Positions 18,762-29,947 of a stretch of DNA of 64,000 nt are shown piece by piece. The DNA is from an uncultured Solirubrobacteraceae bacterium (GTDB taxonomy: Bacteria > Actinomycetota > Thermoleophilia > Solirubrobacterales > Solirubrobacteraceae). Position 1 is the first letter of the stretch. The number at the start of each line of letters is the position of its first letter. A model generated the notes under the pieces. The model was not told where the DNA came from and did no database searches. It saw only the letters and a program-made list of their open reading frames with translations. Both the position numbers and the translations under genes were made by a program. The stretch spans positions 205,909 to 269,908 of the forward strand of contig CAVUXA010000005.1 of the NCBI GenBank assembly GCA_963745375.1. The letters run 5' to 3'.

Positions 18762-19244
18762 GTGGCCGCAACCAACATCAACCGGGTCGTTATGACCGGA
18801 AACCTGACCGCTGACCCCGAGCTGCGATCGCTGCCCAGCGGCATGTCGGTGTGCAGCCTGCGCATCGCCTGCAACACGCGCCGCAAGAACGGCAGCACGG
18901 GCGAATGGGAGGACAAGCCCAACTACTTCAACGTCACCGTATGGGGCACGCAGGGCGAGAACGCTGCGCGCTTCCTGCATAAGGGACGCCCTGTGGCCAT
19001 CGACGGGCGCCTGGAGTGGCGCGAGTGGGAGGCACAGGACGGCACCAAGCGCCAGGCAACCGATATCATTGCTGACTCGGTGCAGTTCCTGGGCTCGCGC
19101 GACGAAGCCTCCGGCGGCGGGCCGATCGAAAGTCGGTCGGTCGCAAACGGAGCCTCGACGGGCGGCGACGTCCCGCACGACGAAGGGGACTTCCAGCCAG
19201 CACCGGTCGCCGGCGCCTCCGGCGACGACGACATTCCGTTCTAG
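18762..19244 (+). CDS. ssb: Single-stranded DNA-binding protein
   Basis: INRVVMTGNLTADPELR; C-terminal DDDIPF. Confidence 0.97.
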   Translation: MAATNINRVVMTGNLTADPELRSLPSGMSVCSLRIACNTRRKNGSTGEWEDKPNYFNVTVWGTQGENAARFLHKGRPVAIDGRLEWREWEAQDGTKRQATDIIADSVQFLGSRDEASGGGPIESRSVANGASTGGDVPHDEGDFQPAPVAGASGDDDIPF

Positions 19245-19319
19245 CCAGCCACCACAGCGAGGTCCCGTGTCTTTGAAGATCGCCATGCCCGTCCCCCACC
19301 GCAGCGCCGGAGCGCGCTG

Positions 19320-19643
19320 ATGGCTAAGGCACGCGGTCGCGGCAAGCCAGTGCGCCGGCGCGACAAGAAGGGCGGCCCGGGCAGCGGCCGGCGCAAGCCC
19401 TGCCAGCACTGTCGCGACAAGGTCGAGCAGGTCGACTACAAGGACGTGGCCTCGCTGCGCAAGTTCATCTCTGAGAAGGGCAAGATCCGCTCGCGGCGGA
19501 TCACCGGGTCCTGCCGGCGCCACCAGGTGCAGATCGCGCGCGCGGTCAAGCGCGCGCGAGAGCTTGCGCTGCTGCCCTACGTCAACGAGGGCGGCCGCGA
19601 CGACAGTCCCCGCGGCGGTCGCGACCGCGATCGCGAACGCTAG
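19320..19643 (+). CDS. rpsR: 30S ribosomal protein S18 (Cys-containing form)
   Basis: CQHC..VDYKD...[16 protein letters not shown]...[10 protein letters not shown]. Confidence 0.96.
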   Translation: MAKARGRGKPVRRRDKKGGPGSGRRKPCQHCRDKVEQVDYKDVASLRKFISEKGKIRSRRITGSCRRHQVQIARAVKRARELALLPYVNEGGRDDSPRGGRDRDRER

Positions 19644-19658
19644 GGCGGGTACGAGCTG

Positions 19659-20111
19659 ATGCCCGAAGCGATCCTCCTCCAGGACGTCGACACGCTCGGC
19701 GAGCAGGGCACGGTCGTCGACGTGTCTAAGGGCTACCTGCGCAACTACCTGATCCCGCACAAGCTCGCCCAGCCCGCTACCAGGGGCGCGATCGAAACCA
19801 TCCGCCAGCGCCAGGCCGCCGCCGAGCGGGCCGCCCGCGACGCCGTCGAGAAAGCCCAGGAGAACGTCAACCTGCTCAACCGGACGGTGCTGACCATCCC
19901 CCAGCAGGCCGGCGCGGACGGGCGGCTGTTCGGCTCGGTCACCGCGCAGGACATCGCCACCGCGATCCGCGAAGCGCGTGGGCTGAAGATCGACAAACGC
20001 AACGTGCACATGCCCGAGCCGATCAAGAACGTGGGCACGTACATGGTCGTCGTCGAGGTGGTCGACAACACGACCGCCACCGTCAAGACGATGATCGTCG
20101 CCAAGCGCTGA
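19659..20111 (+). CDS. rplI: 50S ribosomal protein L9
   Basis: ILLQDVDTLG..G.VV.V.KGYLRNYLIP, GRLFGSVT. Confidence 0.96.
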   Translation: MPEAILLQDVDTLGEQGTVVDVSKGYLRNYLIPHKLAQPATRGAIETIRQRQAAAERAARDAVEKAQENVNLLNRTVLTIPQQAGADGRLFGSVTAQDIATAIREARGLKIDKRNVHMPEPIKNVGTYMVVVEVVDNTTATVKTMIVAKR

Positions 20112-20193
20112 GCGCCTGAGCCGCCGCCCAGCGCTGAGCGCCTGACAGGGCAACGGTCGCCGCGGGCGGGCGGTTGTCCGTCACCCGGCCGTG

Positions 20194-20207
20194 CGAACAT
20201 GTGTTCG
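20194..20207. promoter_or_regulatory. LexA (SOS) box upstream of dnaB
   Basis: CGAAC-ATGT-GTTCG, matches the Gram-positive/actinobacterial CGAAC-N4-GTTCG consensus; intergenic. Confidence 0.75.
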
Positions 20208-20283
20208 TGAGAAGCGATTTCCTCCCAGATAGCGGGGACGCCGGCGGGGCGGCTCGGGATGCCGGCCTAGACTCGACGCAACC

Positions 20284-21675
20284 GTGGCAATGAGCGCCGT
20301 CCTGGCAACCAACGGAACGACTGGCGCACCCGCGGGGGTGATCGCCCCGCCCCACAACCTCGACGCCGAGCAGTCGGTGCTCGGGGCGATCCTGCTGTCG
20401 GACCGCTCGCTGTATGCGCTGGTGATCGAAGAGGGCTTGCGGCCCGAGGACTTCTACCGCGAGCACCACGGCACGATCTATCAGGCGATGCTCGCGCTGT
20501 ACGGCGAGAGCGAGCCGGTGGACGTGTTGACCGTCACCGACCGCCTGCGCCAGATGGGCAAGCTGGCAGACGTCGGCGGCCCGGCGGCCATCGACGAGCT
20601 GACCGGCGTCGTGCCATCGGCCGGACACGCTCGCCGCTACGCACAGATCGTGCGCGAGAACGCCCTGTTGCGGCGCCTGCTGGCGAGCACATATGAGATC
20701 CAGGAGAGCGTGCTCGAGCACTCGGCGCCGCCGCGCGAGCTCGTCGAGCTGGCCGAGAAGGCCATGCTCGAGGTCGCCCGCGACGACCGCCAGCAGGACT
20801 TCCGCGCGATCGCCGAGGTCTTGCATGATGAGATCGACAAGCTGCACAAGCTGTCGCTGGAAGGCACCTCGCTGACGGGCACGCCGTCCGGCTTCAAAGA
20901 CCTCGACGAGATCACCGGCGGCTTCCAGCCGGGCAATCTGATCATCATCGCCGCCCGCCCCGCAATGGGCAAGAGCGCACTGGTGTGCAACATCGCCGAG
21001 AACGCAGCGGTGGAGCACGGCAAGCCGGTGGCGCTGTTCTCGCTGGAGATGGCCGAGACCGAGCTGGCTCAGCGCTTCGTCGCCTCCCAGGCGCGCATTA
21101 AGGGCGATGAGCTGCGCAAGGGTCGCGTGCCCGAGAAACAGTGGGACAAGATCGTCAAGGCCTCCTCGCGCCTGTCCAACGCGCCGCTGTGGGTGGATGA
21201 CTCCAGCGACGTGGGCATGCTCGAGATCCGCGCCAAGGCGCGCCGCCTGCACAGCCAGTGCGAAGGAGGGCTGGGTCTGATCATCATCGACTACCTGCAG
21301 CTGATGCGCACCGACAGCCGCTACGACAACCGCGTCACCGCGGTCGGCGAGCTCAGCCGCGGCCTGAAGATCCTCGCGCGCGAGCTGGGTGTGCCGGTGA
21401 TCGCGCTGTCGCAGCTCAGCCGCGCGGTCGAGCAGCGCTCGCCCAAGAAACCCCAGCTGTCGGACCTGCGCGAGAGCGGCAACCTCGAGCAGGACGCCGA
21501 CCTGGTCATGTTCATCTACCGCGACGAGTACTACGAGCCCGACTCAGAGCGCCCCGGCGAGGCAGACCTGATCATCGCCAAGCATCGCAACGGCGCCACC
21601 GGCGAAGTCACGCTCACCTTCCACAAGGAATACCCAAAGTTTATGAATTACGCCGGCGAACGGTACGCGCAATGA
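20284..21675 (+). CDS. dnaB: Replicative DNA helicase
   Basis: PPHNLDAEQSVLG, AARPAMGKS, IDYLQL, LSQLSR, DLRESG.LEQDAD, KHRNG. Confidence 0.97.
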   Translation: MAMSAVLATNGTTGAPAGVIAPPHNLDAEQSVLGAILLSDRSLYALVIEEGLRPEDFYREHHGTIYQAMLALYGESEPVDVLTVTDRLRQMGKLADVGGPAAIDELTGVVPSAGHARRYAQIVRENALLRRLLASTYEIQESVLEHSAPPRELVELAEKAMLEVARDDRQQDFRAIAEVLHDEIDKLHKLSLEGTSLTGTPSGFKDLDEITGGFQPGNLIIIAARPAMGKSALVCNIAENAAVEHGKPVALFSLEMAETELAQRFVASQARIKGDELRKGRVPEKQWDKIVKASSRLSNAPLWVDDSSDVGMLEIRAKARRLHSQCEGGLGLIIIDYLQLMRTDSRYDNRVTAVGELSRGLKILARELGVPVIALSQLSRAVEQRSPKKPQLSDLRESGNLEQDADLVMFIYRDEYYEPDSERPGEADLIIAKHRNGATGEVTLTFHKEYPKFMNYAGERYAQ

Positions 21676-21779
21676 TCCTGGGCACGTATAGCGGCGCCGG
21701 ACGGCGTCCTCGTTCGCTCGCGTGCAAAGCACGCCACGCTCCCTGCGTCCTTGTCCGACTTGCCCTACGTGCCCAGGAT
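21675..21779. repeat. Palindromic intergenic repeat, copy 2
   Basis: 14-bp terminal IR ATCCTGGGCACGTA/TACGTGCCCAGGAT; nearby 12-bp direct repeat TACGCGCAATGA at 21664-21675 and 21798-21809. Confidence 0.8.
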
Positions 21780-21805
21780 GCGCGCATGAGAGGGCGCTAC
21801 GCGCA

Positions 21806-22519
21806 ATGAGTACCTGCCCGGTGTGCGACGGCAGCGGCTTTGTGGTCGACGAGGCGACCAACACGACCACCGACTGCGCCTGCCGGGCGGCCCGCATCTC
21901 GCGCGCTCGCACACGTAGGCTGGCCGGGCGCATACCGCGCAGATACGAGGGCGTGTCCTTCGAGCGCCCGCCGATCAGCGACATGGCCAGGACCGCACCC
22001 GAGCAGATCCGTGAGGTCCGCCGCTACGTGGCAGCAATCGAGCGCAACCTGGACAGCGGCAGGGGCCTGTGGATACAAGGCGACGTGGGCACGGGCAAGA
22101 CCACGCTTGCGATGCTGGTCTCCAAAGCGGCGCTCGACGCCGGGCGATCGGTGGCCATCTACTCGCTTCCGCGCCTGCTCAGCCTGTTGCGCGACTCGAT
22201 GGACGCAGAAGGCGGCATGCTCGACTTCATGGACCGGCTCGGGGCGGTCGATCTGCTGCACGTCGACGACCTCGGCGCCGAGAACCAGACCGACTGGGTG
22301 CTGGAGCAGCTGTACTCGATCGTCAACGCCCGCTATGAGGCACAGCGCGCGATCGTGGCCACGACCAACCTCATGCCCGACGAGCTCGACGAGCGCCTAG
22401 GAGCACGCACCGTCTCGCGCCTGGTGGAAATCTGCGGCGACCCACTGCCGCTGCACGGCGCCGACAAGCGCCGCGAGTTTCGCGCCGGACAGGCCGAGAT
22501 CGCCGATCGCGTGGCCTGA
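21806..22519 (+). CDS. DnaC/DnaI/IstB-like AAA+ ATPase with N-terminal Zn finger (putative helicase loader)
   Basis: CPVCDGSG...DCAC; Walker A GDVGTGKT; Walker B LLHVDDLG; TTNL, SRL. Confidence 0.85.
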   Translation: MSTCPVCDGSGFVVDEATNTTTDCACRAARISRARTRRLAGRIPRRYEGVSFERPPISDMARTAPEQIREVRRYVAAIERNLDSGRGLWIQGDVGTGKTTLAMLVSKAALDAGRSVAIYSLPRLLSLLRDSMDAEGGMLDFMDRLGAVDLLHVDDLGAENQTDWVLEQLYSIVNARYEAQRAIVATTNLMPDELDERLGARTVSRLVEICGDPLPLHGADKRREFRAGQAEIADRVA

Positions 22520-22569
22520 GAGTCGGAAGCCCGCCCGCCCAGCCCGGGGCGCCCCTGCGGGCACCCTAA

Positions 22570-24439
<1,870 letters not shown>

Positions 24440-24441
24440 CG

Positions 24442-25424
24442 CTACAGGCGCACGGGCGCCCCGGGTGCGCCCACCGCCTTGGCCAGCTCGCGCTCGCGGC
24501 TGATCCTCACGACGTCCCACACCAGCCCCGCGCGCTCCATCCCCGCGATCAGCCACCCCGACGGATCGATCTGCCACCAGCGCAGGCCGTGGCGTGCCGA
24601 CGTGGGGAACGCATGGTGGTTGTTGTGCCACGCCTCGCCCAGCGTGGGCAGCGCCAGCCACAGCAAGTTGCGCGACTCATCCGCCGTCGCAAAGCGCTGC
24701 CGCCCGAAGAAGTGGCATAGCGAGTTGATCGAGAACGTCGCGTGGTGCAGCAGGAAGATGCGTACCGCGCCGCCCCACAACAGGGCCGTCAGGCCACCCG
24801 CGACAGAGCCCGTCAGCGCCACGCCCAGGCCGAACGGGAGCGCGAGCCCGGCGAGGACCCACACCAGGAACGTGCGGTCGACGAAGCTGACGACCGGGTC
24901 TGCCAGCAGGTCCTTGGCATAGCGCTGCCTGTCGGCCAGCGCATCGCCACCGAGAATCCAGCCCACGTGCGCGTGAAACAGGCCGCAAGCGCGCCACGCC
25001 AGCCCTGCGGGCGGTCCACATGCGGGCTGTGCGGGTCGCCCGGCTGGTCGGAGAAGCGGTGGTGCTTGCGATGGTTTGCCACCCACTCGATCGCCGGCCC
25101 CTCGACCGCCATCGACCCCAGCGCAGCCAGCAGCGCCCGCATCGACGCGCTCGTCTTGAAGCTGCGATGTGTCAGCAGACGATGGAAGCCGACCGTCACG
25201 CCCAGGCCGGTCAGCAGGTAGGAGACCGTCAGGGCGACCAGGTCCGGCCAGCGCAGCGCTCCGCCCCACGCTCGCCACGCGGCGAAGCCGACCAGGGCGA
25301 GCGGCGCGAGCGTAGCCACCAGGTTGGCGATGCGGTCGAACGTGTTCAGAGCCGCGGCGCGATCGCTCGGCGCGATCGCCGGCCCGCCTGGCGGCTCTGC
25401 TGCGGCATCGACGGGCGGGCTCAT
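24442..25424 (-). CDS. Acyl-CoA (delta-9-type) fatty acid desaturase, one frameshift near 24985
   Basis: GFHRLLTH and HRKHH in one frame; HAHVGW and GEAWHNNHHAFP in another. Confidence 0.85.
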
Positions 25425-25436
25425 GCTTTGCACGAA

Positions 25437-25509
25437 TGGGCCGTGCAGGAATCGAACCTGCAACCTTGGGCTTAAGAGGCCCCTGCTCTGCCGGTTGAGC
25501 TAACGGCCC
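25437..25509 (-). tRNA. tRNA-Lys(CTT)
   Basis: Cloverleaf; anticodon loop CTCTTAA; GGTTCGATTCC T-arm. Confidence 0.95.
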
Positions 25510-25621
25510 ACGAGGGCGCCGGCGAGGCGAGCCGGCTCGGGACCCGGATTCTATCCGAGCGGGCGCCGCATCCGCCCGTCACGGACACGCTGTCCTGTGC
25601 TGACGCGAGAATTTGCGCGGT

Positions 25622-26359
25622 ATGCCGGCGACGGCCGACGCTCCTGCCAAGAAGGCCGACAAGGCCTCCAAGAAGGGGCCCAGCGAAGACGCGCCCGATG
25701 CGGCGGGCCCGAGCGTGGCCGCCCACCCGCGGGCGGCCAGGCACGTCGCGCGCGCGAAGGGGTGGGGTGGGCTGATCGGCTTCGCGCTGGGTGGCTATCT
25801 GTCTTTGCCGACCAGCACCCTGGCCGCGGCCGGCCTGCGCGCGCTGATCGCCGGCGTTGCCTGCTACCTGGCGGCCTGGGCGGGCGCGGTGTTCGTGTGG
25901 CGCCAGCTGGTGATGCTGCAGATCGCAGGCGCGCGCGAACGCCTGCGAGCGCCGTTCGGCGCGCGTGTGAACGTGCCCGTGCTGTCGCGACCCGGGGCGG
26001 GGGGGCCGGAGATCCGCCGCGAGAACGTGCGCGTGGGCGCCCAATGCCCGGTGGTCGCCTACGTTGGCGCCAACCGCACGCGGGTGCAGACCTTCACGAT
26101 CGACGTCAGCGCCGGCGGGCTGCTGGTGAGCGGGCTCGACATGCTGAGCAGGGGCGAAACGTTCGAGTTCCAGCTGACGCTCGCGCCCGGCGCTCCCCCG
26201 ATCACAGGCACCGGCGCAGTCGTGCGGACCGATCCCCAGGGTCGCTGCGCGATCGTGTTCAAGTCGATCAGCGACCACGACCAGCGGCGTTTGGTCCAGT
26301 TCATCTTCGACTACCAGCGAAGCGAACAGCAGGGCGGCGCGCGGCCGGCTACTTCTTGA
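25622..26359 (+). CDS. Membrane protein with C-terminal PilZ domain
   Basis: Two TM segments; RRENVR (RxxxR) and DVSAGG (DxSxxG) c-di-GMP motifs. Confidence 0.75.
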   Translation: MPATADAPAKKADKASKKGPSEDAPDAAGPSVAAHPRAARHVARAKGWGGLIGFALGGYLSLPTSTLAAAGLRALIAGVACYLAAWAGAVFVWRQLVMLQIAGARERLRAPFGARVNVPVLSRPGAGGPEIRRENVRVGAQCPVVAYVGANRTRVQTFTIDVSAGGLLVSGLDMLSRGETFEFQLTLAPGAPPITGTGAVVRTDPQGRCAIVFKSISDHDQRRLVQFIFDYQRSEQQGGARPATS

Positions 26360-27152
26360 CGGAGGTCGTTCCGCTGCTCGACGTCTTGCCGGGCTTGGCG
26401 GGCGTCTTCTTGACTTCGACGGCGTTCGGGATCTTGCCTTCGGAGTTCAGCTTGCCCGCGTACGTTTTGCCGTTGGTCGTGATCGTCTCGACCTTTTCGC
26501 CTGACGGGTTGGCCTTCAGTTCGGCCAGCTCTGTCTTCAGCCGTGTGCGTTCGGACGTCGGGGCCAAAGCGACCGCCTTTGCAGAGGCCAAATCGCCGAC
26601 CCGCACGTTCTTGGCTTTGTAGGCGTATTGGGCGAGCGACGCATAGTAGGCGGCGTTGTTCGGTTCGGAGGCGACGATCAGCTGCAGGACTTCCACGGCC
26701 GAAGTCGGCTTGTCGAGGCCTTCTTCGTCGTAGATGCGCACCATCTCCTTGGCCAGTTCCAGGCTCGGCTTAGGAGGGTTCTGCGCGACGTAGCCCGACC
26801 ACGATTCGGAGATCTGCTCAAACAGCGCCTTGCCCTTGCTCGTCAGCGCGCCGGCGCTGGTCACGTAGGCTTCGCCCGCGCCCTGCTGCAGCTGAACTTT
26901 GATCAGCTTTTCCCACGCTGCGAAGTCATGCGGCTGCGCTGCTGTGAGCTTTGAGTACTTCTTGATTTCAGCGCTGTAGTTGGGACCGCCCGAGCCTTCG
27001 CCTTCTTTGGACAGGCTGCTGAGGATGCCGCCGCCGCCGAAGCCGGCGCCGACCCCGAACAGGACCAGGCCCGCGCCGAACAGCACCGCGAGGCTGCCGT
27101 AGATCACTCTCACGGTGCGACGACGCCCGCGCCCCCTCAAATCGAACAGCAT
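26349..27152 (-). CDS. Membrane-anchored TPR-like hypothetical protein
   Basis: N-terminal TM; helical repeats. Confidence 0.65.
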   Translation of the reverse strand: MLFDLRGRGRRRTVRVIYGSLAVLFGAGLVLFGVGAGFGGGGILSSLSKEGEGSGGPNYSAEIKKYSKLTAAQPHDFAAWEKLIKVQLQQGAGEAYVTSAGALTSKGKALFEQISESWSGYVAQNPPKPSLELAKEMVRIYDEEGLDKPTSAVEVLQLIVASEPNNAAYYASLAQYAYKAKNVRVGDLASAKAVALAPTSERTRLKTELAELKANPSGEKVETITTNGKTYAGKLNSEGKIPNAVEVKKTPAKPGKTSSSGTTSVKK

Positions 27153-27157
27153 CGGCC

Positions 27158-28219
27158 CTACAGGCTCTCGTCTACGTGGTCGATGATGTCTTGCACTGTC
27201 GGCTCCGCTTGGTCGTTGGTCGGTGGCGCTGGATCCCCGTGTGGCGAGGCGCCGGCGCTGGCCCCGTCGGGCGCGCCGCTGTGCGCTCGCCCGACAAGCG
27301 ATGCCACCAGGATACTCGTCTCATAGAGCACATAGAGCGGCACCGTCTCGAGCGCCAGCGTGATCGCGTCGCCGGGCAGCAGCGCGGCGATCACCGCGCA
27401 CGCCACGATCGCGTAGCGGCGGTTCTTGCGCAGCTGGCGCGGCGTGACCAGGCCCAGGCGCGTGGCGCCCACGATCGCCACGGGAACCTGGAAGATCAGC
27501 CCCATGGCCAGCAGCACGGTCGTGGCGAAGCCATAGAACTGGCTGGCCTGGACGAGCACGTTGAACTCGCCCGCGTTGAAGTTGACGAAGAAGCGCACTG
27601 CCGCGGGCAGCACCACGAAGTAGCCGAACAGCACTCCGCTGGCGAACAGGAAGGGGACCGCCGCGAGCAAAGGCATGGCCACGCGTCTCTCATGGGGCGC
27701 GAGCGCCGGCAGGATGAAGCCGTAGAGCTCGAACAAGATGAACGGCAGCGAGATGATCAACGCGAAGTACAGCGTCACGGTGATCGTCGTCGTAAACGGC
27801 TCGCCCACCCCGAGCGTGACGGGGTTGTCGCCGGGCGGATTGCGCGGGACCTTGGCCACGTCGGCCTTCAGCGCGGCGATCAGCGCGGGCAGCTGCGCGC
27901 GTGCATGCGTGGACAGGCCGCTGCCGGGAGCCGCCAGCACGCCCAGCGCAACGCGTGTGTCCCCGGCGATCTTCAGCAGCCCCTGCTGGGCCAGCACGGC
28001 CTGGCCCACCGTGCCCTGCCCCTTGGCCACCTGCTTTTGCGTCTGGGTCTTCAGTGGTTTGTTGATGACTTTCAACAGCGCATGGTTCTGCCAGAAGCAG
28101 AAGCCGAACACGATCGCGAAGGCGACCCCGCTGAGGATCAGGCGCGTGCGCAGCTCGTCGAGATGGTCAACGAGCGTCAGCCGCTGCTCGTGGCCGACGG
28201 TACGGATCGCGCTGACCAT
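27158..28219 (-). CDS. tatC: Twin-arginine translocase subunit TatC
   Basis: LVDHLDELRTRL, FILPAL..HE, FQVP; long extracytoplasmic insertion. Confidence 0.92.
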   Translation of the reverse strand: MVSAIRTVGHEQRLTLVDHLDELRTRLILSGVAFAIVFGFCFWQNHALLKVINKPLKTQTQKQVAKGQGTVGQAVLAQQGLLKIAGDTRVALGVLAAPGSGLSTHARAQLPALIAALKADVAKVPRNPPGDNPVTLGVGEPFTTTITVTLYFALIISLPFILFELYGFILPALAPHERRVAMPLLAAVPFLFASGVLFGYFVVLPAAVRFFVNFNAGEFNVLVQASQFYGFATTVLLAMGLIFQVPVAIVGATRLGLVTPRQLRKNRRYAIVACAVIAALLPGDAITLALETVPLYVLYETSILVASLVGRAHSGAPDGASAGASPHGDPAPPTNDQAEPTVQDIIDHVDESL

Positions 28220-28378
28220 CAGACCCATGAACCTAGCAGCAGGCTGGCGGCGCAAGCCGCGCTTTGCGCCGGCGCTCGCCGACCAGTGGTCCGTGCGTCG
28301 CCCGGAACCGTATTAACCCGCAGCAACACTGCGAACAGTGCCTCTTCAACGAGCTAAAGGCGTCCGGCTGACGCGTCG

Positions 28379-28801
28379 ATGACGACTGAGACACAGCTGA
28401 TGCGACCCGACAACGACCCTCACATCCAACCCCTCCAGCCGCCAGCCGACGAGGCGCTCGGGGTCGACCGCGCCGACGCCGGCAAGGCCGTCCCGCAAAC
28501 GTCCTCTCCCGACCAGCTGCACATCTGCTTCCACTGCGCCGGCGAGCTGACCTACCCCCTGGATTGGAGCGAGGAGGGCCCGCGGCACTGGCGCATCGTA
28601 CTGCGCTGCCCGGAGTGCGAGTCAAGGCGCGAGGGCGTGTTCGAGCAGACCGCCGTGGAACGCCTCGACGACGAGCTCGACCGCGGCGCAAGCGCCCTGC
28701 TGGGCGACCTGCGCCGGATCACGCACGCCAACATGTCTGAGGAAATTGAGTTCTTCATCCGCGCGCTCGACGCGGACCTGGTAACGCCGAGCGACTTCTG
28801 A
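28379..28801 (+). CDS. Hypothetical Zn-ribbon protein
   Basis: CFHC...CPEC; acidic helical C-terminus. Confidence 0.7.
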   Translation: MTTETQLMRPDNDPHIQPLQPPADEALGVDRADAGKAVPQTSSPDQLHICFHCAGELTYPLDWSEEGPRHWRIVLRCPECESRREGVFEQTAVERLDDELDRGASALLGDLRRITHANMSEEIEFFIRALDADLVTPSDF

Positions 28802-28843
28802 TCCGCTGCACCCGAGCAGGCCACGCGATCGGTCGACTCCTTT

Positions 28844-29947
28844 TCAGCGGTAGCGTTCGACGACAGCATCGGCCACGAGGTCCAGCAGCGCGGCGCGCCC
28901 GTCCGGCAGGATCGCCGGCAGCGCGGCCTTGGCCTGCGCGACCACCGCCAGCGCCCGTTCCCTGGCCTCCTCCAGCGCACCTGTAGCCGCGATCCGCTCG
29001 CACAGTGCCTCGATGCCCTGCCTGTCGCCTGCCGCGCCCGCCGAGCTCAGCGAGGCCAACTCGAACGCGGCCAGCTGGGGCTCGTGCTCGCGCGCGAGGA
29101 TAAACGGGAGCGTGACCGTGCCGTCGAGCAGATCGGTGCCGCGCGACTTGCCCGTGCGCTCAACCGGCCCGGACACGTCGAGCACGTCGTCGAGCATCTG
29201 GAAGGCTAGGCCTATGCGCCGCGCGAACGCTCCGAGCGCGTCTGCCAGGGCCGGGGAGCCCTCCGCGCCCACGAGCGCCCCCAGGCGGCAGGCCGCCTCG
29301 AATAGCGCCGCCGTCTTCAGTTCGCAGCGCCTCAGGTATCGCTCCACCGGCACATGTGTCGCGTAGGCGTCCTCGCGCTGGAGCAGCTCGCCTGCGGCCA
29401 GCGCCGAGCTGGCGTCCGACAGGGCGCACAGCTGGGCCGCGTCGCCGTTGCGCGCAAGCTCGGCGAACGCCCGCGAGAACAGCAGGTCGCCCGTCGCGAC
29501 CGCCATGCCTCGGCCGGCGGCTGCCGCCACCGTGGGCCGTCCGCGGCGCAGCGCGGCCCCGTCGATCAGGTCGTCGTGGACGAGGGTGGCCGAGTGTACG
29601 AGCTCGACCGCCGCCGCTGCGCGCACCAGGCGTTCCTCGCCGTCGGCATTATTAGATGGCCCGCCCGCCAACCCCACCGGCCCACCCTCCACGCCGACCG
29701 GGCCGCCGGCCGCTTCGGCGGCCAGGATCACCAGCAGCGGGCGCAGGCGCTTGCCGCCTGCCACGACCATCGCGTTCGCGTGCGACGCGAGCGGCGCGCC
29801 GGCGCGAGCGGTTACCTGCTCGAGGTGCAGCTCAGTGCGCAGCATGCGCGTGCGCAGCTGCTCGCCGCCGAGGCGCATGATCGCGTCGAGCCCGTCCACC
29901 TCGCCTACGGTTTCGCTGGCCGCTGTGCCGCCCACCGCGCCCATCAT
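28844..29947 (-). CDS. Polyprenyl diphosphate synthase (HepT-like)
   Basis: GGKRLRP, HSATLVHDDLID, KTA, FQMLDDVLD. Confidence 0.92.
   Translation of the reverse strand: MMGAVGGTAASETVGEVDGLDAIMRLGGEQLRTRMLRTELHLEQVTARAGAPLASHANAMVVAGGKRLRPLLVILAAEAAGGPVGVEGGPVGLAGGPSNNADGEERLVRAAAAVELVHSATLVHDDLIDGAALRRGRPTVAAAAGRGMAVATGDLLFSRAFAELARNGDAAQLCALSDASSALAAGELLQREDAYATHVPVERYLRRCELKTAALFEAACRLGALVGAEGSPALADALGAFARRIGLAFQMLDDVLDVSGPVERTGKSRGTDLLDGTVTLPFILAREHEPQLAAFELASLSSAGAAGDRQGIEALCERIAATGALEEARERALAVVAQAKAALPAILPDGRAALLDLVADAVVERYR

Noticed and set aside
21806-22519. IS21 element (IstB)
   Set aside because: No IstA transposase or IS21 terminal repeats; the gene is embedded in the dnaB-purA housekeeping context.
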